Of a stretch of 39,225 bases of DNA, positions 23,856 through 34,513 are shown piece by piece. The notes beneath the pieces were generated by a model, which had not been told where the DNA came from, ran no database searches, and saw only the letters and a program-made list of their open reading frames with translations. The DNA is from Dimargaris cristalligena (Eukaryota). Location of the stretch: assembly GCA_003614675.1 (NCBI GenBank), contig ML002354.1, positions 1 through 39,225 on the forward strand. The letters run 5' to 3'. Position 1 is the first letter of the stretch. Each line of letters starts with the position of its first letter. The translations under genes were made by a program, and so were the position numbers.

Positions 23856-24585
23856 GGTGGGAGAGTCAGCCAGGGCCGAGGTGAACGATAGCGGGCGTAA
23901 TAAAGGTAGGCGGCGACAGCGCTTGGAGACGATAACCGGGGGCGGGTTGACCAGCTATCGACTAAAAAGTAGTCCGGGAAATGGCGTTAGGGAGGAGGAT
24001 AGGTAGTGAAGAAACGAGACTGGTTCGGGGACACGGTGGCTATGTAAGGATAGAGAGAATAATACACACCCAATGGAGAAGAAGCTTGTGGCTCGAGGTA
24101 AAATAAGCGCAAAGATAAAGAAGCGAGGGTTGAGTAGGAATGGGAACAAGGAAAGCAATGGGGATGGAGTAAGGTGAGGTGAGGAAAAAAGTATTGCAGA
24201 CAACGGTTAGGAGAATATATGCGCATAAAGGGGCATAGGAAGAACGTGCATATAAAGAAAGAAGGAAGGGAAAAGAAGAGAGGAGAGGAGAGGAAGGGAC
24301 ACCTGAAACCGGCGGCAAAATGGGCGGGAAGGTGAAAGTGAAGGCGATGGTGGTAATTGGGACTATGATGTGTGGGGAAAAGATTAGGCCGAGCCATCCG
24401 ACCAGTGTGCCGTATATAGTAGTAGTAGTAGTGCACTTCCGTCTGTTTGTGGGGTGACTTCTTAAAACCCCGCGTCACGAACCGACACAATACATGTGGG
24501 TCGGTAACACAGGCTCTGAACCTAAGGCGACGCGACCAAGCCCTATGGGATGATATATAATTGCCTATACTATCCACCTACCGGT

Positions 24586-24799
24586 TTGAACTTTTCTGTC
24601 TTAAAACAGCTCGTTGCCCACTCAACCGAAATCAGGCTAAATACGTGTGAGCGATAAGTATTGCTCGCATATTTACATAGATCGTGGGCCGTCGTTATCC
24701 GAGCGAAAGCTGAATGAGAATAGTAGCGAAAGCAGGCTGTTGCTGTAGCCCCCTCGGACGAAAGAGTACGGGCCGGTTATGTTCAATCGCTAAGCAGCC
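24586..24799 (+). ncRNA. Candidate structured RNA or cis-element of unknown class
   Basis: Nested complementary segments: TTGAAC/GTTCAA, GCCCAC/GTGGGC, TCCGAG/CTCGGA, a 16 bp hairpin at 24638-24675 with three G-U wobbles, and repeated GC-GAAA-GC loops. No family recognised. Confidence 0.3.
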
Positions 24800-27700
24800 A
24801 ATAGAAAGGGCGCATTTGACAAACAACCTACCAAACTCGCACAGCTCGGTAATGAGCCAAGGGTAGCCAAAGAGAACCTCTCCTCTTCATCCTATGATCA
24901 CTTAGCCCCGCACAGACCTAACGGGCGTAAACGGAGGAGCCATCCACAACCCGGCCACTCCTCTCACTGGGTTATAATGATTACTGCGCAACAACCACCG
25001 TTTCCCGACGCTTGTGCTAGTGCCACCACAGGCACCCGGGGGGATCATATGCACAGTATGTATGGGTGAATTCTACCCCACTGACATACGCCATTGTTAA
25101 ATATGTAATCGGAAAATAGGGGGGGGGGTTACTTCTATCCAATAAAATGCTGTATCAAACGAAATTCTCGCCATCCCGCTGGTGGATGCGAAAAGGCCCA
25201 AGAAGAAAACTACCTACTGTTTCCGTATTACAGTCGTTCCCATTACATGCCAAAGTGAGGCGCCAATAACGCGAATCTAGACTTTGCTATTAAACAACCG
25301 TGCACCAATGGCCCGTTTAACCCAAACAATTTTACTCGAATATTACCCTCTATCCTGACCCCCCCCCCCCATCCACCCAGTGCGACCAATTAATTATGTC
25401 ATCCATTCGCGGCAGCTGGTTGGAGCCAAGGACATTTCATCCATTTCGAATCACATTAGAGACTGTCATAAGTTCATTATTTACATATGTCTGTGCTATC
25501 CATCGCAAAATCCCCACTGGCAGTTCAAAGTGAGCTTAGCAAATAATGGTGTGATCCAACAAAAATATCGTAATCTAGGGTATATTATACAGTCCATAAG
25601 CTGTCGAAACGATGGGTCGGAAGGCTGAGTTAGCTGTCCTTTTCAATCGAAAGCACCCTAGTTTCAGCGAGGCTGCGATCGGTTGGTAGGGTATTTTTGG
25701 AAGAGGTGAGGTGGGGAAAGTGTATCCGATCTCTTGAATTTTGTTGGTTATAACAAAACCCTGGCATACTACAGCTGTTCGAGATGGACTATCCTTTCGG
25801 GCTAAGAAATGGCCATAGGGCGCAATTCTAGTACTCCACCACCCTTGGCAATACTCGGCAATTAGATAAGAATATAGCTATGTTTAATTAGTACCAAAGC
25901 CGCAGTTCTATAATAGACATTCCGACTGGTATCGATCATGTCGGGATCTTCGACTGTCAATAGGGGAATCCCGGTTTCTCGTGGATTTGACACCATTATC
26001 CCACTTTTCATTTGTCCGAGCCTCTATATAATCTATTTTTTTCCCATCGCAGGGGAATTAATTGGTGGTTACCGGGTAAGCCTGTGCTGAAGTGGAACTG
26101 ATAGTGGTAGCTTCAACTCAAATTTAAATATCGAGACATTTGTTTATTTTTGATTCTCTTAGCCTCCACTATAAGGTTATTGTCAGATCTGAACAAGTTG
26201 GGAATGTCAAATTTGTCACAAGGGAGGATGCCCCCCCCATAAATCAATATAAGTAAATTATTGTGATGCAAATTGTTGAGGTTCCCCCCCCCCAATGTTC
26301 CCAAAATTTCATGGAAGCTTCTTAAGAAGACGGTCGTTGCCATTGTCTGCATTTTTTACCAAGTCCTTCCTACTAACAGTAGATGCAGACGGTATGTTCA
26401 ATCATATTCCGTCTTTCCCTTTGAGGGAGAGAGGAACCCCAATTTCTATTAAATGATTGGGGCATTTTCCCAAGTTGAAAGAATTAGTTGGCCCATCAAC
26501 AGTCCAACTCCGCCATTCATCTTTGATTTGGGCCCCACTTTATATAACCATCGGGACCAGTGCCCTCAATGGAGGACATGCAACCACACCAATACAGATA
26601 AATAGGTCGACTCAGCTAGGAATGTTATGCCATTGTTGGTTCGCCAAACGACGCCGCTGATATTCGATTTTTCCATTCATATCAGAATACACCTTGTGTA
26701 GTTTCAGGCATGTCGTATTAATTAAAGGAGCTGTGTATGAAGGCTATTGCAGGCAAATACAAAGCATGCCGGCGGTACTGCCGTGCCTCGCCTGCTCTAT
26801 ACCATATTGATTTGAATCAACATGGGGCTGTATAATTCCTAAATCGAGAAGCTATTTATTGATATGGGAGTCAATCGTTGTATATGGGGCATTGGCTCGC
26901 TCTATAGCCAATTGCATGAACCCTTTATTCTGCTTGAATTCCCACCACAGGTCCCAGGTATTGCCTTGTTGGCAAACATGTGAGGCGAACACGGTATATT
27001 TGAGTAACTATGCATGCACATGTAACTTTTATTGCTGCTTTCTTGAATTGGTGGAATACTCGCAGCCCCATGCTACTCCATCGGATCATCTAAAGGGACG
27101 CCATGCCTCACATATTCCGCCTATGTGAACATCGGTTCAATATGGACGTTTCAACTTTAAGGCCTGGATGCTACATATGAAAACGGCCCAGTAAAACAAG
27201 TAATACCATCTTGTACGAAAAACCGACGACCTATTTAGCATTCCACAGCTGTACCGGTCGTGGGTGTGTGGAGGGGTGAGTGGATGCTGATTTTTTTCTT
27301 CCAAATTAACACCACTTTTTTTTTCTATAAAAAAACAATAGAGATAGTTCAAATCAGCAGCCTTACAAGCCTAAAAATATACGGTTATTTTTAGCTAGAA
27401 ACCGCTGATAAAGGGCAGTCATGATTGGCGTGAGCCGTATTGGGAGGATGGTGGCGGACTTGGTGCTATTGTTTAGGAAAATGTAAGGGGGAGTTGTAAT
27501 CACAGTATTAGCTCGTTCGACCCGACTGAAAAAAAATATATTTCAAAATGAATATGCAATTCAACTGAAGCGGACGTTTACTATTTGACAATGCGGCCAA
27601 TATGCGTTGGCCCACCTGCTAATGACATTCAGCTCTGAAGTTCTTGATACAGGTTGCCAGAGCTGAGTTAGAATATGGAGAGTCGGGAAATAACGATCCC

Positions 27701-29563
27701 CAGTACAGGTTTAGGAAAATGTGATCAATTTTACTTTTTGACTATCGACTTTACCACTCACGCCCATACAATGAAGACCGACAGTGAGGCGGTCACAGAA
27801 TTAAGGCCGCAGTTGTGCAATAAATTAGCCAAGTTTATTTTTAAATTGGGGAACCAGAGTGTACGAGGGTGGCCCAAATGATGTCCAAGGGAATGTGAAC
27901 TTACTCATTCCGCCTCAGCTTCAAAATATATTCAATAGTTATGCAACCACTTCCCAAAACGTTGTGAGAGATTTAAATTAAACCGGAATCTCCAATTGAG
28001 TCGCATAAAAAGAGGCCCACGTAAATTTAGAACAAATGTGGGAAAATGGACACACATATACACACGACGGCTGTAATGGGGTCAGCTAACGGGGACGACT
28101 GTTAAATGAAAAGGGAGGAACGCGGCCGTTTTTGTCCCATTTAACCTAAATTAGGATGTAATATGAAGGGAGTCGGGCTAAGAAAGGCTATGTGAACTAG
28201 AACCGAAAATAGGTCAGTCTGATTGAATATATCCCATATAACCCAATTTCCTCACTCTACCGCACCTCAACTGGGCTTATTCTTGGCCAGCTAAAGTTAA
28301 CAGACTGTAAAAATTAGTCCTGTGAGGCAGAGTACCAGTGGCTGGGGGTGGAGATGGCTTATCCAGTTGTTATCGATGGTTATGCACCTCCCCAGAACTC
28401 CGTATATTTATTTATTTACGGGTCAGTATGTTTATTTTGGGCCCAGTTTTTCCCTAGCACTCGCGGAAGTTCAATGCAAACCCCTAATCTAACATGGCCC
28501 TGTCACTCTTATGAAGTCGCTATTTTTACCATGACGTTTCTCACTCATACTCGCACTCGCACGGTTGACTGGGCCAACTTCACTCGGGCCTGGGAACCCT
28601 ATCAATAGCTACCGATATGTACGTATGGGTAGCAGGGGAAAGCTATGTTTATGAGTTTGAGGGGATGTTGGGTCTGAAACTTACCCATACGGCTCCGGAT
28701 CTATGAGTGGCTGCCATTTAGGAGATTCGGGAGTGGGACTGGTAGGCCGCGTAGGCTAGGAATAGTCATGAGAATCCCCATGAAAACGACGCTGTCGATT
28801 CTATCAGCCCTAACCAAACGGCATAGAAGAGTACCATGGGACAACGTAGTTTAAGCAAAATCGGGTAATGAATACATCATGATATGTGGGATAACCATAT
28901 TTTTGGCTGACCTATACATTGACTGGTCAGCCGCTTCAGCCAGATGGTTTTTAGGCGGACTAAAAGAGTGATAAAGCTGAAGGGAATCTAGCAAGTCATG
29001 GTTTATTTTAGGCGTGAACGATGTCAGGTGGGAAAGTGGGTGATCAGCCCACCGGTAAAAATAGGATTCCCTACCATTCCGAAGCCGAGTACAATCTCCT
29101 TAGTTCCAAGAAAGAGGAAATGGCAGCTTTCCATCAATGGATACATGTCATTTAAGCGGGTCTGGCTAACACGTATTGCTTGATGAAACATCTGTAGGGC
29201 TACTTACCCTGTAAACAACACTGGATATGAGTGGTTCTCGTGCCCCAATTGCTGCTTTGGTGGCAACCCATGCTTGCGTTGGCCGCAGCCCAGTACCATT
29301 GATGGCTGGCAACGCCCAGCTTGGTCCCAACGATGTTCACTCGTATTTAAGAAGCCGGTTTCCCCCTTCATTTTTAGTTCTTCAGTTCCTACATCTTCCA
29401 AGCATTTCTACCCCACTTACCGGGATTTTCTTCTTCTTTCTTCCTCTAAACCCTTATTCCCCCCCCTTAATACCGGAATCTTCCCTTGTGAAATCCCAGC
29501 CGCGCACTCCCTAATCTCTTCCATCCCTCCCCGCTTCGCCCCGATACCATTCGCGTTCACAGT

Positions 29564-31168
29564 ATGAAGTACACCGTACTTCTTTTGGCGGCCGTTTTTG
29601 TGGTCGCCCCCCACATCGCCCTCGCTCGTCCTCAGGAAGAAACCAATTCCACCGACCCCGCTGCTGCTGCTGACATTGCTGCCGCCCTGCCTGCTGTTAA
29701 CTGTAAGTAATAACCTGCATTGTAAAAATAGTGTTCGGTGGAACTAATACAACTATAATCCTAACTAGATCGCTTCATATCAGTACAGTCCCGAATTTAG
29801 CACGTCAATCATTGACCATCACTAATCAGTTCTATCATCACCATGACTGCTATTCTCTCCTTATCACTACCCCCCTTCCCCCTGCGTCGCATGCTTAATT
29901 TCAATTTCCGAAATTTTATAGTCTGTAGCGCATCCAAGCCGTGTCCCGGTCAACAGTGTTGTAGCTTCTTCTCGGTGTGTGGTACCGGTTCCATCTTCTG
30001 TGGCCAAGGCTGCCAAGGCGGAGCCTGCTTGAGTAGCAGCACTACCCAAGCGAATACCCAGACGAATACCAACCCCTCCAATACCGCCGGTCCGACCGCC
30101 ACTTCGACCAATGGCGCTTGCGGTCCTAACCTGGTCTGCCCGTACACCGGCTGCTGTAGCGCCAAAGGCTGGTGCGGTACGAGCCCCGACCACTGCGGAG
30201 TGGGTTGCCAAAATGGCCCCTGCACCATTGAACCTAACCCCGATACCATGACGAACACCGCTACCTCCAAGCCCCCCGGCCCGACTAGCACTTCGACCGA
30301 TGGCTCTTGCGGCCCTAATCTAGCCTGCTCGAACAACGGCTGCTGCAGTAAGTTCGGCTGGTGCGGTACTAGTCCCGACCACTGCGGTACCGGCTGCCAG
30401 AACGGACCTTGCACCGGCGGACCTAACACCAACACTCAGACTAACACCCAGACGAACACCAACACCTCCAAGCCCCCCGGCCCGACCAGTACTTCGACCG
30501 ATGGCTCTTGCGGCCCTAACCTGGCCTGCCCGAACAGCGGCTGCTGCAGCAAGTTTGGCTGGTGCGGTACTAGCCCCGACCACTGCGGTACCGGCTGCCA
30601 GAATGGACCTTGCACCGGCGGACCTAGTACTAACACCAACACCAACACCCAGACGAACACCAATACCTCCAAGCCCCCCGGTCCCACGGCCACCTCCACC
30701 GATGGCTCTTGCGGTCCTAAATTAGCCTGCGCTGGCAACGCCTGCTGCAGCAAATTCGGCTGGTGCGGTACGAGCTCCGACCACTGCGGTGCCGGCTGCC
30801 AAAACGGCCCTTGCACTGGCGGCCCTAGTACCAACACCAACACCGGCGGTCCTAACACCCAAACCAACACCAACACTTCCAAGCCCCCCGGCCCCACGGC
30901 CACTTCGACTGACGGATCGTGTGGTGCTAAAGTGGCCTGCGCCGGCAATGCCTGCTGCAGCAAATTCGGTTATTGCGGTACGAGCTCCGAACACTGCGGT
31001 ACCGGTTGCCAGAACGGTCCCTGCTCCAGTGGTGGCGGTAACAACGGTGGCGGCAGCGGTGGCGTCGTTTCGACCGATGGTTCTTGCGGCAACGGCAAGG
31101 TGTGCCCCGCTGGTTTCTGCTGCAGTAAATTCGGCTGGTGCGGTTCCGGTCCCGCTTTCTGCGGTTAA
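29564..31168 (+). CDS. Secreted lectin-like chitin-binding protein with 7 CBM18 (hevein) domains and no catalytic domain. Exons 29564-29702 and 29922-31168; 461 aa
   Basis: Signal MKYTVLLLAAVFVVAPHIALA and a phase-1 intron T|GTAAGT...TTTATAG|TC. Repeated CG....C....CCSKFGWCG....HCG.GCQNGPC hevein signature, separated by Thr/Asn/Pro linkers. Confidence 0.95.
30266..31030 (+). repeat. Coding tandem repeat with ~201-210 bp unit (CBM18 domain plus linker), four close copies
   Basis: The anchor TCCAAGCCCCCCGG recurs at 30266, 30467, 30668 and 30878 (spacings 201, 201, 210). Confidence 0.9.
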
Positions 31169-32806
31169 AGCCTAAGTTCGACCCCACTTCCCCCACTCTA
31201 TTCCCTACCCAATCTGGGGAATCCCGAGGGCGATTTTTTCCCTCCTGATAGTGCTAAATGATACTCGGCCATTTGGTGATACCATTCAATAACCCCCCAT
31301 TAAGCTTATAGTGTATTAGATACCGGATATAGTAGTCCGATCCCTCCCCGACTCTCAACCATTTGCCCGATATACTGCTCAAGTCCCTTTTATCTACCCA
31401 CTCCTCCCTAACCTTCCCATTTCTATTCGATAGCCGATATGTCCTCTCCTTATCCTTTTTATTCTTCATTTTTCTTACAGTTTCTGATATACTGCAACCC
31501 CTCGTCGGGTTTATTAATCGTAAATAGTTAATCCACCCGCCTTGTTATGCCGGCAGTAAATACTTCTCTCCTACTTTTCCCTTGCTTCACCTATCTTCGT
31601 ATAGCCCTTTCCTTTATAATAAATATACCAGTTTAATCCAATAGTTGGTCAGATTGTCGGATGTTAGTGCGGCATGTTCTGACCCAATCTATGCACAGAC
31701 AGTCTACAGCCGTGAACATAGTGGGGGTGCTTTGTTGGCAATGACGTACTATGATTTTACAGGTATACGTTTTATGGTTATATCCCTCTCATTTATAATA
31801 GATGCGGAAGCGGCATGTAGTATGGGATTGGTGGCAATTCCGAAACTGACAAAATAGCAATAGCAGCTATCACTTGTTTGAAGTTGCTTATTACGTAACC
31901 CCCCCCCCCACATGCACAGGATGAAAGGTAACTGGCCTGTTTTTGTTTAATTTTCTTTATAATTATAATGGGAATGTACCGAAATTCGTAAAAGTTACTA
32001 GGCATTGAAAGCATCACCGTTAAGCAATACAATCCCCCGGATCATTGGAGAAACTCGGCTATCGTTCTCGCCCCTTTTCAACAACCCTACAGGTGTACCT
32101 CAGAAAAACGATAATAATGTTTAACCGAGAGCTGGGACCTACATGGTATTAGAAAGGACTTAAAAAGAGTAAGGAAAAAGCCCATTCCATTGTGAGGTCC
32201 AATTTAGATCACATGAGCGATAAATCAGGATTATCTCCTGAATTGTGGGACACCCTTCAAACTATATCACTGCAATTTCATTACTAGGTTAGGTTGGTTT
32301 TCATGGTTACATGCAAGTGCACTTTACATGAGAATGCAACTCATTCGAGAAATGGCAAGTCACGGGTGATCGATTTGCATTGGCGACTTCATTAGCCTAA
32401 GCATCTGTCTGAATCGAAGGTGGCTGTTCCTTTTGTAAGGACGGGCCGATTGCGCTCTGCCGCTTTTACCACACAGGTCCAGCATTCACTATTTGGTAAC
32501 GACCCTTCCTTTAAATCGACCTTCTCCTTAAGTAGGAAGTTGTCCATTACAGCAACTATGTCATTTGCAGCCTAGAATTGAATCCAACCGATCAGAAATA
32601 TAAATGTATTTAGTCTACTAGGTTCTTATTTAAAGAAAAGCACCCTAGTGTGCCTTCTACAAGTGTCAAAATTGCCCCGTACAGTGCAAATGAATTGTAG
32701 TTAAACATTCATTAGGAGGAAAAAAGGGAGCAACCGTTTCAACTTCCGTATTCAAATACAATTTAACCCTAACGCTTATACCGGTTTTTTATTATTCATT
32801 TCCGGG

Positions 32807-34513
32807 TTAAAAAGTTTCTAACCTAACGTCAGTTTGCAAATTATGGGGTCGAAGCAACTCGACCAACACGGTGACACTAGCCATGGTGGTAAAGGATAAT
32901 TGCCAGGGGAGTAAGAGAGGTTCAGTGGCTGACGATGAGAAGGATGGAGACGTTTTCGACTCGGTCCGCTTTTTACCCAGGGTAGTAGTATCGGGTTCAA
33001 ATTCCAGCGTTACCCAGTACGCCCATCTCATGGCCACCATCCCCGCGCAGTCCAGCATGGTCCAGGTTGGAGCGTACAATCCGGCGCCTCTCTGGGAATG
33101 GATCCAGGCCTCTGCGTTGCCTGGCTTTGACGGGTTCGAATGGGATGATGGCGACTATGCGCGATTGGCTAGGGCAAACGGTCCGGTTTATCATCCGTGA
33201 TCGTGGTGGGGGTTGTTGAAGTTGAAGTGGCCTCGACAGCAAGTGGTAATGAAGACTCGGTCAAACCAACTATTGTTTCAGCGGGGTACTTAGAGGGTCG
33301 GTGGTCGGGTCTAATGCCACCACTCCCAGTGCTAATAAATACACCCCACTGTATACGCGACGGATAGCATGGGGTGGCAGAGCCTGGTGGAAAGGAAAGT
33401 ACTGGTGTATCTGGTGGGCACCCAATTGGGAGGTGGTGGAGCTCGGGGTGAGTGTAGAATTGGCCTTTGGGGTCCCCATCGTCTGGGGGATAGGGGTAGG
33501 AATAAAAGACGGCCAAGGCGCCGCCGCCTGAGACTTTCTATAGCCATCACCGTCGTCAGTTTCACCATTGATTGGCCCATGTCTATTGCCCCGACCTACT
33601 ACCACCGGTTTACTCAGGTGGGCCATCTTATCCGTGTACAGCGTAAGTGAATTCGAAGTGGCAGGCGGCCAAATGGCATGCCGCTCATCGTATAAGTAAC
33701 TAAAGGATGGCGTGGCGATGAAGGTAGTGGTGGCGGCGGAAGGGCGATGGGGGTGTGTAGCGAAATCAAGCGGACCTAGATGTCCCGGTGATGATGGGTT
33801 AGCGGGGGCCGCCCAACCCACCAGGTAGTACATTTTGAGAAATTTGAACGCGACTTTATAGACAACCATGTAGCCCCCACTGGCCAGGTTAACCCAGTGC
33901 TTGGTTTGGGCACTCTGCACTCCCCGACTAAGGCGAACCAGATCGGAGCGCGATAACCGCGTACCATGGTTGTCATTCCCTTCCCCGGGGGAATGGCTAT
34001 CCCCCTGAACCACCGGGGAAGGGAAGACTAGAGTCGAACTACACATACCCGGTTTCAAAAATAGTGTTCCCCATAGATTATGGACGGCCCACTCGATATC
34101 ATGGTTGAACACCCGGTCCTTGCGGTCCATAATATGGACCTCGGACTCGTAGCACTGAATCACTAATGAGTTTAGGAAAACGGAACAGGTCGGGCTATCG
34201 CGCAGCAACACGGTTAAGGATGGGGGGATGGCAGTGGGCGGCGGGGGCACCACCAAGAGGGGACGCTGGAAGAACTCCGTTGGCGGATCCGGACCACATT
34301 TGGCCGGTTGGGATACTCGAGCCCATATTGGTGGTGGAGAGAGGATCCGATGGCGACAAATGACCGGCATGCATGCTTATTTTGACTTTGTCCAATGAAC
34401 CTTCTTGGCCCAGGGGAATGTCAACTTCAGCGTCGGTAATTTGGGCCTAATGGCCCCGGTTTCGCCGTCGCATGGACTTCAACTGGCGGGCGGCTGGCAA
34501 CTCGGATACGCAT
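32807..34513 (-). pseudogene. Fragmented GC-rich coding region, a probable pseudogene or an unresolved multi-exon gene
   Basis: The 366 aa ORF 34370-33270 has protein-like blocks (VIQCYESEVHIMDRKDRVFNHDIEWAVHNLWGTLFLKP; WVNLASGGYMVVYKVAFKFLKMYYLVGW). Flanking coding-like frames are interrupted by TAG (34449-34447), TAG (33272-33270) and TGA (33263-33261), plus frame changes. Acceptor-like CATTAG at 34163 and donor GTATGT near 34050. Confidence 0.35.
33976..34025. repeat. 13 bp perfect inverted repeat with 24 nt spacer
   Basis: TTCCCTTCCCCGG (33976-33988) and CCGGGGAAGGGAA (34013-34025), extendable by GTC/GAC after a 1 nt bulge. Confidence 0.8.

Noticed and set aside
23955-24577. 196 aa and other Phe/Leu/Ser-rich minus-strand ORFs
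   Set aside because: Translation of the pyrimidine-rich 5' leader/promoter of the bHLH gene, not protein-like.
24708-24750. Hammerhead ribozyme core (CTGAATGAG...CGAAAGCA...TGCT)
   Set aside because: There is an extra base in CUGANGA, no real stem II, the cleavage-site nucleotide would be G, and stem I does not pair.
25000-29500. Short ORFs in the long spacer between the divergent bHLH and CBM18 genes, and a GGCTGTAATGG SRP-Alu-like word near 28069
   Set aside because: The ORFs lack codon bias and motifs, and no SRP S-domain helix follows the word.
29867-31196. Regular repeats resembling a CRISPR-like array, and multiple antisense ORFs
   Set aside because: The repeats are in-frame CBM18 coding units with synonymous variation in a spliced eukaryotic gene. 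No unique spacers and no cas genes.
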